64,000 nucleotides of DNA from Halorussus marinus (GCF_004765795.1 NZ_SBIV01000001.1:620001-684000), one strand, 5' to 3'. Counted from the stretch's first letter, positions 1 through 9,460 are shown. Notes: generated by a model from the sequence alone, not told the origin. Numbers and translations are program-made.

Positions 1-294
1 TTCGACTGCGCCGTCGGCGACGCCGGTCTCGACGCCGAGCTTCTCGTCGAGTTCGCCCGTCTCGTCGAGCGCACTGGTGTCGTCCCAGCCGCCGATCAGT
101 TCGTCGTCGATGAACACTTCCGGCGCGGTCTTGCGGCCGTCGGCGCGCTCGACCATCTCCTCGAACAGTTCGTCGTCGCCGGTCACGTTGTACGTCTCGT
201 ACTCGACTCCCTTCTGATCGAAGAGGTCCATCGCTTTCTCGCAGTACGAGCAGTCGTCCTTCGTGTAGATTTCGACCCGCGGGTGTTCGATCAT
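1..294 (-). CDS. 5' part of a glutaredoxin-domain protein, probably the N-terminus of a Grx-thioredoxin reductase fusion (runs off window)
   Basis: Manual translation from ATG at 294: MIEHPRVEIYTKDDCSYCEKAMDLF...RKTAPEVFIDDELIGGWDD. CxxC, TAP and GG glutaredoxin motifs; frame open to position 1. Confidence 0.8.
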   Translation of the reverse strand, partial: MIEHPRVEIYTKDDCSYCEKAMDLFDQKGVEYETYNVTGDDELFEEMVERADGRKTAPEVFIDDELIGGWDDTSALDETGELDEKLGVETGVADGAVE

Positions 295-443
295 GGTGCA
301 ATATTGACGTGCGGTGGGTATTTAGCTTGTGTTGTGTCGTCGTCTTTCCGGTAGTTCAGACGGGGGTCGCGACCGCCTCGGCCCCCAACGCGGCCGCCAC
401 CGCTCTCGAAGGGCTTACGGTTCGGCCGGGCGTGGGTTCGGCC

Positions 444-728
444 ATGGCCGCCGATCTGGGTGAGAAGACCGACCGCTACGAGGGCCTGCTCGCCGAGGCG
501 CTCGACGCCGCCGAGATCGCTCCGCCGCCGGACTCGCCGATGGGCGAGGCCGCGGCGGAGTGTCTGGAGATGGCGAGTTCGTACCTCGAAGACGGTCGTC
601 ACTTCCGGACGAACGACGACCTCGTAAACGCCCTCGCGTCTTTTTCGTACGGCCACGCGTGGCTGGACGCGGGCGCTCGGGTCGGACTGTTCGACGTCCC
701 CCGGGACGGCCACCTATTTACGGTGTGA
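444..728 (+). CDS. DUF357 family protein
   Basis: MAADLGEKTDRYE...LEMASSYLEDGRHF...VNALASFSYGHAWLDAG motif; ATG at 444. Confidence 0.85.
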   Translation: MAADLGEKTDRYEGLLAEALDAAEIAPPPDSPMGEAAAECLEMASSYLEDGRHFRTNDDLVNALASFSYGHAWLDAGARVGLFDVPRDGHLFTV

Positions 729-801
729 CGTAGCGCCGAGGTCGCCGTTCCCGGCGACTACAAGAAACCTCGTCAAGTGCGACGGGGCCGGGGCTCGCGC
801 G

Positions 802-1428
802 TCAGCGGCGACTGCCGTAACGTCGGTCGCTGTCCCCGTCGGTTTGGTTCCGTCGGTCGCCGTCGTCGTGCTGGCCGCCCTCCGGGCCGCCCGCGCCCCG
901 CTGGCGTCGACGGCGGCCGTACCGGCGGTCGGACTGCCGGTCGTCGTTCTCCCGGCCGTAGTCGATGGTCCCGCCGGTCTCCCGACTCGTTGGAATGATG
1001 TCATCGCGTGCGCGCTCGCGTCGGCTCGGTCCGTGGCCGCCCTCCTCGACGTACGATCCCCGACCCTGTTTTGGCTCGCCGCCGCGCGAGCGGGCGTCTC
1101 CCTCCGGGCGGTGGTCCTCGCGGTCGGCGTTCGACTCTCGGCCTCCAGAAGCGGGGTCGCCGTGTCGGCCCTCGTCGCCGCTGTGGCGCCGGCTTGACTC
1201 GCCCGAATGCGGGCTTTGGGACGCGTCGGCGTCGGTTTCACGCCCACCGGCGTACCGGCTCGTGCGGTCCTCGTCGTCGCGCTGGCGTGCCCGTCTGGCC
1301 CGGTCGCGGTCGGCGGCGTCGCCGTACCGGTTGGCGTGGCGCGCATCGGATGGGTCTCGGTCGGTCCGGTCGTCGTCCCGTCGGTCGTCGGTCTCGTCGC
1401 GCCGCTGGTCGTGGTGCGGATTCGCCAT
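802..1428 (-). CDS. Highly charged low-complexity (hydrophilin-like) hypothetical protein, 208 aa
   Basis: ATG at 1428 preceded by GAGGAG SD; R/D/G/E-rich with recurring RYG motifs; fills the gap between conserved genes. Confidence 0.6.
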   Translation of the reverse strand: MANPHHDQRRDETDDRRDDDRTDRDPSDARHANRYGDAADRDRARRARQRDDEDRTSRYAGGRETDADASQSPHSGESSRRHSGDEGRHGDPASGGRESNADREDHRPEGDARSRGGEPKQGRGSYVEEGGHGPSRRERARDDIIPTSRETGGTIDYGRENDDRQSDRRYGRRRRQRGAGGPEGGQHDDGDRRNQTDGDSDRRYGSRR

Positions 1429-1546
1429 GGTGTACTCCTCCAGATAGACTTCCCCGAGCGTTTCCTTAGGCGTGCCGGCCCGGTCGGTCCCGCGGGGTCG
1501 TAACCGCGGCAAGTTTTTTCTATCAGCCTCGCACACGTATCCACGT

Positions 1547-1726
1547 ATGAACGAAACGTACGTCCGGCTGCTCTGCCCAGAGTGTGCCAAAGATTGGCAA
1601 GAAGGCCCAGACGAGCTCCCGGCGCCCGAGGAGATGTTTCACTGCCCGAACTGCCACGCGACCCGCCGGACGTCGGAGTTCACTCGCACCGAACGCGACC
1701 TCGAAACGCTGAAACAGTTCCAGTAG
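1547..1726 (+). CDS. Small CPxC-type zinc-finger protein (59 aa)
   Basis: MNETYVRLLCPEC...FHCPNCHATRR; two CxxC pairs. Confidence 0.8.
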   Translation: MNETYVRLLCPECAKDWQEGPDELPAPEEMFHCPNCHATRRTSEFTRTERDLETLKQFQ

Positions 1727-2134
1727 TCACTCCCCGGTCGCCGACCGGGCGCCACACGCCTCACACCGGAGTAACACCGCTCCCTGTTCGCGTTCGAGCC
1801 GCGTGTCCGGTAGTCCACACTCCGAACAGAGGACGAACTCCTCGCTGTACTCGGCGATCGCGTCCTCGATGCGATCCTGTCGAAACTCGCCGGTCAGGCG
1901 CGCACGCCCGCTCTCGTCGATGTGGGCGCTCGTTCCGAGTTCGTCCTGCAGGAACTTCAGGACGTGTTCGCCGTCGCGGTCGAGTCGGTCGAGCGTCTCC
2001 TGAAAGTTCTCGTAGACGGTGACGTTGCCCTCTTGGCGGACCTCGGCGTCGGGCACGTCGAAGCGGTCGGAACTCCCCTCGATGTCGGGCGTCGCTTCGA
2101 GCGCCCGGTCGAGTTGATCGTCGTAACCCTCCAT
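1727..2134 (-). CDS. eif2b: Translation initiation factor aIF2 beta subunit
   Basis: MEGYDDQLDRAL...ELGTSAHIDE...CSECGLPDT...LRCEACGA zinc ribbon. Confidence 0.95.
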   Translation of the reverse strand: MEGYDDQLDRALEATPDIEGSSDRFDVPDAEVRQEGNVTVYENFQETLDRLDRDGEHVLKFLQDELGTSAHIDESGRARLTGEFRQDRIEDAIAEYSEEFVLCSECGLPDTRLEREQGAVLLRCEACGARSATGE

Positions 2135-2372
2135 AGGTGAGTAGACGGTCCGGTCCGGATAAAAGTCTTTCAGATCGTGTGATTTCACCGCCGTTTCTCG
2201 GTCAGTAAGGTAGTCTTTCCGCGGAAAACGGATCGAAACGATGTGAACTATTCTCGAAGACGAACGGAACGTTTGGCGGGACGAAACCGGTCGTTTCCCG
2301 CGAATTTCACACGTCGTGTTAACGGGACTCAAGATAATACTATAACCCTGCAACTGTTAGCCACGGTTGCTC

Positions 2373-2612
2373 ATGAAGAAGCAGGAGCTCATCCACCTTC
2401 ACGGCCTGCTTGCGGAGGTCGGGAACTACTACGAAGAAGAGCACAGCACGGAAGTCGATCTCGAAGACTACGAATCTCTTGGCGTACGACCGACGTCTAT
2501 TCACAAGTCGAAAACCGACCACAAGGCGGCGGTGTTTGCTATGGCAAAGTCCATCACATCGGAGATGAGCGAGGTCGAGAGCGGCGAGAAAGTCGCCGCC
2601 AAAGCCGACTGA
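2373..2612 (+). CDS. UPF0058 family protein
   Basis: MKKQELIHLHGLL...LGVRPTSIHKSKTDHKAAVF signature. Confidence 0.9.
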   Translation: MKKQELIHLHGLLAEVGNYYEEEHSTEVDLEDYESLGVRPTSIHKSKTDHKAAVFAMAKSITSEMSEVESGEKVAAKAD

Positions 2613-2820
2613 ACGCGCGGACGTACCCTAACCCTCACGATACACCTACCCGCCCAGCCGCGGCTCCCGACAGCCCGGTTAGCTCCGACACCGACGGCCG
2701 GAAACTCGCCGACTCAGCAGACGGACCGACGGCTGTCGAAATCGAAATCGAACAGAACGAGTGCAGAGCGCCGTACGCGCCGGTCTCGGCGCGCGAGGCG
2801 GTCGTCGATCGCGACCCCGA

Positions 2821-3276
2821 TTACTCGATGAGGTCCTCGAACTCGGGAAGCACTTCGTCGTCGTCGCTCTCGTCGGCCTCGCTCACGTCGTCTCCGGAGT
2901 CGGTCTCGATCTCGGAGTCGGCGTCGCCCTCGTCGTCGTCTTCGATGACTTCGACTTCGAGGACCGTCAGCGGAATGTTCTCGAGGCGCTGGCCGATCTC
3001 CTTCCGGGCGATCCGAGAGGCGTGTTCCTCGCGCTCGACGTTGTACACCGTCATTTCGAGTTCGAGCGCCACGAGGCTCTCGTCGGCCGCGATGAACGCG
3101 GGGTCGAGGCCCTCGCCGCAGTGGGGACACGACCGCTCGCCCATGTTTATCTCGACGTAGTTGAGGTCCGGGTTGAGCAACTCGCCGGTCTTCGAGATGG
3201 CGATCCGAACCGCCTCGTCGGGCGTTTCGACGTCGTAGACCGGAACCGCCGCTTCGACGACAACTCTGCAGTTCAT
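2821..3276 (-). CDS. DUF555 (UPF0212) family protein
   Basis: MNCRVVVEAAVPVYDV...AIS...CPHCGE; acidic tail ending LPEFEDLIE. Confidence 0.85.
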   Translation of the reverse strand: MNCRVVVEAAVPVYDVETPDEAVRIAISKTGELLNPDLNYVEINMGERSCPHCGEGLDPAFIAADESLVALELEMTVYNVEREEHASRIARKEIGQRLENIPLTVLEVEVIEDDDEGDADSEIETDSGDDVSEADESDDDEVLPEFEDLIE

Positions 3277-3363
3277 GCTCGGGTCGAAAGTTGTAGCGCC
3301 AACAGTATCAACTTTAGCCACGGAACGAAAGGTTTCCGACGGCCCAGCCCCTCGGTTCTCCCG

Positions 3364-4248
3364 ATGGAAACGGGCTCGATACCGCTTTCGGACGTGCCGG
3401 GCGGCCTCGACGTACGAACGACCCTCGAGAGCGGCCAGACGTTCCTCTGGCGGCGCGAGGACGGCCGCGCGTACGAGTCGACGACCGCCGAGACAGCGTC
3501 GCCGTGGTACTACACGGTGACCGACGGCGAGGTGATCCGGACGCGCCAGCACGCGGGCGAACTCCGGTGGGAAGCGACCACCGACGCCGACGGTCTGCTC
3601 GCCGAACGCCTGCGTCTGGACGACGACCTCCCGGCCATCTTCGAGTCGATACCCGACGACCCCTTGCTGGTCGAGGCCCGCGAGGCCCACGCCGGACTCA
3701 GGATCGTCGACGACCCGTTTTTCCCGTGTCTGATCTCGTTCATCTGCTCGGCCCAGATGCGAGTCGAGCGCATCCACTCGATGCAGACCGCGCTGGCCCG
3801 GACGTTCGGCGAGTCGATCCGGTTCGACGGCGAGACTTACCACGCGTTCCCGACCCCCGAGCGCCTCGCGGCCGCCACCGAGGCGGAGCTCCGAGAGCTG
3901 GGGCTTGGCTACCGCGCGCCGTACGTCCAGCGGTCGGCCGAGCTGGCCGCGGCGGACGAGCTCTCGGCGGCCGAGGTCCGGGACTTGGACTACGAGGACG
4001 CCCGCGAGGCGCTCCAGACGTTCGTCGGCGTCGGCGACAAGGTCGCCGACTGCGTCCTGTTGTTCTCGCTGGGCTTCCTCGAAGCGGTCCCGCTCGACAC
4101 CTGGATCCAGACCGCCATCGAGGACCACTACCCGGACTGTGACCGCGGGTCGTACGCCGAGACCTCGCGGGCGATCCGGGAGGCGTTCGGCGGCGAGCAC
4201 GCCGGGTACGCCCAGACGTACGTGTTCCACCACCTGCGGACCCGGTGA
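3364..4248 (+). CDS. ogg: HhH-GPD DNA glycosylase (8-oxoguanine glycosylase OGG1-like)
   Basis: TLESGQTFLW N-domain, GLGYRA, HhH FVGVGDKVADC, PLDTW, GYAQTYVF. Confidence 0.9.
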   Translation: METGSIPLSDVPGGLDVRTTLESGQTFLWRREDGRAYESTTAETASPWYYTVTDGEVIRTRQHAGELRWEATTDADGLLAERLRLDDDLPAIFESIPDDPLLVEAREAHAGLRIVDDPFFPCLISFICSAQMRVERIHSMQTALARTFGESIRFDGETYHAFPTPERLAAATEAELRELGLGYRAPYVQRSAELAAADELSAAEVRDLDYEDAREALQTFVGVGDKVADCVLLFSLGFLEAVPLDTWIQTAIEDHYPDCDRGSYAETSRAIREAFGGEHAGYAQTYVFHHLRTR

Positions 4249-4332
4249 GCAGTCTCCGAGTTCGGCGCCGAGACCGCGCCGAATGGTCGGCTCCCGATGG
4301 TTTTAAACGGCTGAACGCCCGGGTATACCATA

Positions 4333-4869
4333 ATGGCTTTTGAGGACCTGCTGGAGGACCCGGTAATCCAGAAATATCTTCACGAACTGGTCGGGCCGAA
4401 GGGGATGCCGGTCGCCGCCGCGCCGCCGGACGGCGAAGTGACCGACGAGGAGCTCGCCGAGGAGCTCGATCTGGAGCTCAACGACGTTCGGCGCGCGCTG
4501 TTCATCCTCTACGAGAACGACCTCGCGACGTACCGCCGACTCCGCGACGAGGACTCCGGGTGGCTGACGTACCTCTGGACGTTCGAGTACGACAACATCC
4601 CGGGCAACCTCGAAGAGGAGATGCACCGACTCCTCGATGCGCTCGAACACCGCCAGGAGTACGAGCGCCAACACGAGTTCTACCTGTGTGAGGTCTGTTC
4701 GATCCGGTTCGAGTTCGGCGAGGCGATGGACTTTGGCTTCGAGTGTCCCGAGTGTGGCTCGCCGCTGGAGTCGATGGAGAACTCCCGGCTGATCGACTCG
4801 ATGAACGAGCGAATCGACCGGCTCCGCGAGGAGCTCAACGTCGAACACCTCGAAGAGGCCGAGGCATAA
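4333..4869 (+). CDS. tfe: Transcription factor E (TFIIE alpha homolog)
   Basis: wHTH TDEELAEEL...VRRALFILYE, GWLTYLW, Zn ribbon CEVC...FECPECG. Confidence 0.95.
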   Translation: MAFEDLLEDPVIQKYLHELVGPKGMPVAAAPPDGEVTDEELAEELDLELNDVRRALFILYENDLATYRRLRDEDSGWLTYLWTFEYDNIPGNLEEEMHRLLDALEHRQEYERQHEFYLCEVCSIRFEFGEAMDFGFECPECGSPLESMENSRLIDSMNERIDRLREELNVEHLEEAEA

Positions 4870-5585
4870 TGGTCGTCCTCGCGACCAAGTTGTACGTCCG
4901 GGGCGACGCCCGCGAACGCGCGCTCGACGGACTGCGGTCGCTCGTCGACAACGCCGTCGGCGACCTCGACGCCGACTACACCGTCGGGGTCCGCCACGAC
5001 GACTTCGCGGTCGTGACCGTCGAGGGCGAGGACGCGGTGGTCGCGCGCAACCTCCTCCGCGAGGAGTGGGGCGAGATCACGCCCGACCTCGAACCGGGCG
5101 AGACGTACGTCGGGACGCTCGAATCGTGGGACGAAGACGGGTTCGTCCTCGACGCGGGCCAGGACGTGCGGATCCCCGCGAGCGAGCTCGAACTCGGACA
5201 GGGGACGCCGATCCAGATCGTCGAGCGGTTCGGGCTGGTCCAGCACATGGCCCTGAAGTTCGTGTACGGCGGTGCGAACACGTCGTCGGACGGCTCCGCT
5301 GGCGGAGACGAGGCGGCGGGCGAGCCCAGCAGGCTCGCCGACGCCGAGCGCGACCGCCTCTACGAGTGGACCCGGGGATCGGGCCGGGTCAACGTCAACA
5401 GCGCGACCCGCGGCGAGGTTCGGGCGACGGTCAACCGCGCGGGCCACGCCAGAGACATCGTGACCGTCGAACGCCTCGGGCTCCTCGAACAGAGCATCGT
5501 CTGCAAGGACGAGACCGACCCGCCGGGGCTGCTCGCGGCCATCGGCGACTACCTGCCGGCGGAGATCCGCTGTCTGATCCCATGA
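4869..5585 (+). CDS. DUF2110 family protein
   Basis: MVVLATK... start overlaps tfe stop (TAATG); ERLGLLEQSIVC...TDPPGLL motif. Confidence 0.85.
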   Translation: MVVLATKLYVRGDARERALDGLRSLVDNAVGDLDADYTVGVRHDDFAVVTVEGEDAVVARNLLREEWGEITPDLEPGETYVGTLESWDEDGFVLDAGQDVRIPASELELGQGTPIQIVERFGLVQHMALKFVYGGANTSSDGSAGGDEAAGEPSRLADAERDRLYEWTRGSGRVNVNSATRGEVRATVNRAGHARDIVTVERLGLLEQSIVCKDETDPPGLLAAIGDYLPAEIRCLIP

Positions 5586-6358
5586 ATCGGCGCCTCCTGC
5601 TCGGCTTCGTCACCGTGGCGGCCCTCGCGATCACGGCCGGCTGTACCGGCCTGTTCGGGTCCGGGGAGTTCAGCGACGATCAGCTCTCGCAGGAGGCCGA
5701 CTACGACTGGGACACGTCGACCGACGTGACCGTCAACGTCACCGGCGACGAGTATCAGGCGATCTACGACCTCTCGAACGGCTCGGAGGTGACCGCCTAC
5801 CAGTACGAGGCGCTCGGCGGCGAGGCGCCGGTGGAGGTCGCCGCGGTCCAGTTTCGGTACCCCAACGGGACGGTCGTGACCGCCGAGCGCCTCGACGTCG
5901 AGCGTCGCGACTCCGCGACGGTCATCCGGACGCCGAGCGACACCGGGAAGCTGGCGTACACCGTCTCTCGGCGCGGCAAGACGTTCACGATGCCGGTCAC
6001 CGCCGAGGGGTCCTACGAGGTCGTCTTGCCGAAGGGGATGCGGGTCGGCCACTTCTTGCTGAGCAACGTCAGACCGGGCGATTACACCACCGAGAGCCAC
6101 ACCGAGACGTCCGACGGCCGGGTCCACCTCGTCTGGAACGACGTGACCGCCGACACCGTGTCGGTCCGGTACTACCTCGCGCGCGACCTCACCATCTTCA
6201 CCGCGGTCGTCGGCGGGGCCGTGCTGGTCGCGCTCGTCGGGCTCGCGTACTTCCGGCTCCAGATCCGGGAGCTCGAACGACAGCGAGAGGATATGGGGCT
6301 GAACGTCGACACCGACGACGACGAGTTCGATCAGGGGCCGCCGCCGGGGATGGGGTAA
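5582..6358 (+). CDS. DUF5803-like predicted lipoprotein with C-terminal TM helix
   Basis: MNRRLLL...ITAGC lipobox; C-terminal TM and GPPPGM tail; 4-bp overlap with upstream gene. Confidence 0.8.
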   Translation: MNRRLLLGFVTVAALAITAGCTGLFGSGEFSDDQLSQEADYDWDTSTDVTVNVTGDEYQAIYDLSNGSEVTAYQYEALGGEAPVEVAAVQFRYPNGTVVTAERLDVERRDSATVIRTPSDTGKLAYTVSRRGKTFTMPVTAEGSYEVVLPKGMRVGHFLLSNVRPGDYTTESHTETSDGRVHLVWNDVTADTVSVRYYLARDLTIFTAVVGGAVLVALVGLAYFRLQIRELERQREDMGLNVDTDDDEFDQGPPPGMG

Positions 6359-6395
6359 CCGCCTCTTTTTGGTCGTCGGGTCACTACGTCTCGCT

Positions 6396-7088
6396 ATGGA
6401 GGTAGCTCTCGTCACCGTCGGCGACGAACTGCTGGCGGGCGACACCGTGAACACGAACGCCGCGTGGCTCGGTCGGCGACTGGCCGACCGGGGCGCGAGC
6501 GTCGAGCGCGTGGTCGTGGTTCCCGACAGCGTCGGCGAAATCGCACGCGAAGTCAACGAACTCCGGGCGGCGTACGACGCCGTGATCGTCACGGGCGGTC
6601 TCGGGCCGACCCACGACGACATGACGATGGAGGCGGTCGCGGCCGCCGTCGGCGTCTCGGTCGAGGAACATCCCGACGCGGTCGAGTGGATCGCCGACAA
6701 CACCGACTACTCGCGTGCGGACCTCGTGGAGGGGACGACCCACCTCCCGGCCGGATCGCGACTGCTTCCCAACGAGGCAGGGGTCGCGCCGGGGTGTGCG
6801 GTCGAGAACGTCTACGTCCTGCCGGGCGTCCCCGACGAGATGGAGGCGATGTTCGAGCGGATCGAAGACGAATTCGCCGGGGCCTATCGCCACGTCGCGG
6901 TCGTGGAGGCCGACGAACCCGAGAGCGCACTGGTCGAACGCCTCGCGACGCTACGGGACCGCTTCGACGTGACCGTGGGGAGCTACCCCGGCGACCACGT
7001 TCGGGTCAAACTCCAGAGCACCGACGAGGCCGAACTCGACGCCGCGGCGGCGTGGCTCCGCGAGCGGGTCGAGACGCCTCAGCGATAG
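6396..7088 (+). CDS. CinA-like molybdopterin-binding domain protein
   Basis: VGDELLAGDTVNTNA, TGGLGPTHDD, LPGVP motifs. Confidence 0.9.
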   Translation: MEVALVTVGDELLAGDTVNTNAAWLGRRLADRGASVERVVVVPDSVGEIAREVNELRAAYDAVIVTGGLGPTHDDMTMEAVAAAVGVSVEEHPDAVEWIADNTDYSRADLVEGTTHLPAGSRLLPNEAGVAPGCAVENVYVLPGVPDEMEAMFERIEDEFAGAYRHVAVVEADEPESALVERLATLRDRFDVTVGSYPGDHVRVKLQSTDEAELDAAAAWLRERVETPQR

Positions 7089-7183
7089 AGGTACGCGAGC
7101 CACGCGACCGTGATGGCGATTCCGACGACCGAGGCGACGATCCCCGACGCGTTGGCGGGAACCGATCCTGCGAGTGTGAACAT
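7079..7183 (-). CDS. 34-aa single-TM small membrane protein (not in ORF track)
   Basis: MFTLAGSVPANASGIVASVVGIAITVAWLAYLYR*; AAGGGTTAAG promoter-like element at 7208-7217 (minus strand). Confidence 0.65.
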   Translation of the reverse strand: MFTLAGSVPANASGIVASVVGIAITVAWLAYLYR

Positions 7184-7488
7184 GTCCGACGCTACCGGTC
7201 CCGCGCTCTTAACCCTTGCCAACCGCGGCGTCCGGCGACGGGGAGACTACGGGCCGTTCGGTCGGTCCGAAACGGACGCTTGAATCGACACTCACCGCCG
7301 TAACGGGGACGTACCGTCGTTCACACGTCGACGCCCGAAGCCGATTTTCGGAATCAGACGCGGCCGAAATGCCCCCTTTCCGGGCTGAACTGACGCCAAC
7401 GGTCTGAGCCGTTTATTTATAAGTCGGGTGAAGCTCGGGTCGCCCGACGAAGCGGCCGTAAGAGCCGCCTAAGGGCGGGAGTAGACCA

Positions 7489-8292
7489 ATGACACAAGAG
7501 TATCAGCAATCACCGACCAGCGGCCAGCAGACGTACGGCGCCCAACCGACCCAGCAGTCCGGCCACCAGCAGTCGACAGGACAGATGGGCCACCAATCGA
7601 CGGGCCAGACGAGCCAACAGCCGACGGGCCAGATGGGCCACCAATCGACGGGCCAGACGAGCCAACAGCCAATGGGCCAGATGGGCCAACAGCCAATGAG
7701 TCAGATGAGCCACCAATCGACGGGCCAGACGAGCCAACAGCCGACGGGCCAGTCCCAGAGGATGCAGGGCCAGACCGGCGGACAGATGGGCGGCGCACAC
7801 CGGACGACACACCAGCAGGTCGGCCAGCAGTTCGAGGCCGAGATCACCCCGGAGCTCAACGAGGCGCTCGAATCGTTCGACCGCGTCGTCGAGATCGCGT
7901 CGTGGTGCGCCGACAAGTGCATCGAGAGCGGACCGCAGATGGCCGAGTGCGCCCGGCTGTGTGATGACCTCTCCGAGCTGGCTGAGCTAAACGAGAAACT
8001 GATCGCCCGCGACTCGATCAACGGCCCGGAGGTCGCAGAGACCTTCCTGCGAATCGCCCGCCAGGGGATGCCGATCCTCCAGCAACACCAGCAGTCCCCG
8101 CACGTTCAGGAGACGCTTCAGGCGGTCAACTTCGCGATCGACTCGACCGAGAAGCTCCTGAAATCCATCGGCGGTCCGCAGGAGGCGGCCGGCCAGCAGG
8201 GGTTCCAGGAGCTGACAGAGAGCCACCAGCCCCAGGGCCAGCAGACCCAGACGCCACAGCCCCAGTCGTTCCAGGGCGGCCAGTCGTACTGA
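7489..8292 (+). CDS. Gln-rich repeat protein with a Cys-containing four-helix-bundle (Csp/DUF326-like) domain
   Basis: SD GGAG; Q/T/S/M/H-rich N-terminus; WCADKC...ECARLC...LIARDS core; upstream TTTATAAG. Confidence 0.8.
   Translation: MTQEYQQSPTSGQQTYGAQPTQQSGHQQSTGQMGHQSTGQTSQQPTGQMGHQSTGQTSQQPMGQMGQQPMSQMSHQSTGQTSQQPTGQSQRMQGQTGGQMGGAHRTTHQQVGQQFEAEITPELNEALESFDRVVEIASWCADKCIESGPQMAECARLCDDLSELAELNEKLIARDSINGPEVAETFLRIARQGMPILQQHQQSPHVQETLQAVNFAIDSTEKLLKSIGGPQEAAGQQGFQELTESHQPQGQQTQTPQPQSFQGGQSY
7582..7749 (+). repeat. Seven tandem 24-bp coding repeats (8-aa unit Q[MT][GS][HQ]Q[SP][TM][GS])
   Basis: Variants of CAGATGGGCCACCAATCGACGGGC and CAGACGAGCCAACAGCCGACGGGC at 7582, 7606, 7630, 7654, 7678, 7702, 7726. 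Confidence 0.95.
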
Positions 8293-8356
8293 CCCCGACG
8301 TCGCTCATTTTTCTGGGACCGGACGGCTTTTGCGACCGACGGCCGTAGCCACGCCC

Positions 8357-9460
8357 ATGCGACGCATCGGCGTAGTCGTCAATCCGATCGCGGGGATGGG
8401 CGGCCGCGTAGGGCTGAAGGGCACCGACGGCAAGGTCGAGGAGGCCCGCGAACGCGGCGCCGACCCGCGCGCTCCCGACCGGGCGCGGGCGGCGCTGGCG
8501 GCGCTCGGCGAACGGGCGCCCGACGCCGAGATCGTGACCTACGGCGGGGAGATGGGCGAGCGGGCGGCCGAGGCGGCGGGGTTCGACCCCGATATCGTCG
8601 GCGACCCCGCGAGCACGGAGACGAGCGCCGGCGACACCCGCGACGCCGTCCGGGCGTTCGCCGAAGCCGGCGTCGGCCTCGTCCTCTTCGTCGGCGGGGA
8701 CGGCACCGCGGTCGACGTGGCCCAGACCCTCGCGGACCTCGACGCCGACGTCCCGATGCTCGGCGTCCCGGCCGGCGTGAAAGTGTACTCGGCGGTGTTC
8801 GCGGTCACGCCCGAGGCCGCGGGCCGGGTCGCCGCCGACTTCGACCGGACCGAGCGACGTGAGGTGAACGACATCGACGAGTCGGCCTACCGCGAGGGCG
8901 AGGTCCGGGCCGAACTGAAGGCGCTCGCGACGGTGCCGGTCGCCGAGGACCTCCAGTCGAGCAAGCAGGTCGGCGGCGGCACGGTCGAGAGCCTCGCCGA
9001 GGGCGTCGCCGACGACGCCCGCGCCGAGTCAGAACGGCAGGCCGGCGACGGTGCGAGCGAGCGAGCGACCTACGTCCTCGGGCCGGGCGGGACGGTCGGC
9101 GCGATCAAGGAGGCGCTCGGCTTCGAGGGCTCGCCGCTCGGCGTCGACGTGTGGCGGGACGGCGAGGTGCTCGTCCGGGACGCCAGCGCCGACGAGATCC
9201 TCTCACATCTCGGCGAGCGCAACGTGGTCGTGGTCTCGCCGATCGGCGGGCAGGGGTTCGTCTTCGGCCGGGGCAACGATCAGATCTCGCCGGACGTGCT
9301 CGGGCGCTCGACCGTCGAAGTCGTCGCCTCGAAGCGCAAGCTCGACGACATCGGCGTCCTCCGAGTCGATACGGGCGACGAGGCGGTCGACGAGTCGCTC
9401 CGTGGATGGCGGAAGGTCCGGGTCGGCCGGTTCGAGCGCCGGATGATGAAGGTGGAGTAG
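8357..9460 (+). CDS. ATP-NAD kinase family protein
   Basis: VNPIAGMGGRVGLKGTDG, GGDGTAVD, GVPAGVKVYS, GGQGFVFGRGN. Confidence 0.9.
   Translation: MRRIGVVVNPIAGMGGRVGLKGTDGKVEEARERGADPRAPDRARAALAALGERAPDAEIVTYGGEMGERAAEAAGFDPDIVGDPASTETSAGDTRDAVRAFAEAGVGLVLFVGGDGTAVDVAQTLADLDADVPMLGVPAGVKVYSAVFAVTPEAAGRVAADFDRTERREVNDIDESAYREGEVRAELKALATVPVAEDLQSSKQVGGGTVESLAEGVADDARAESERQAGDGASERATYVLGPGGTVGAIKEALGFEGSPLGVDVWRDGEVLVRDASADEILSHLGERNVVVVSPIGGQGFVFGRGNDQISPDVLGRSTVEVVASKRKLDDIGVLRVDTGDEAVDESLRGWRKVRVGRFERRMMKVE

Noticed and set aside
7582..7749. Tandem repeats as a CRISPR array
   Set aside because: The 24-bp units are contiguous, in frame and have no unique spacers; no cas genes
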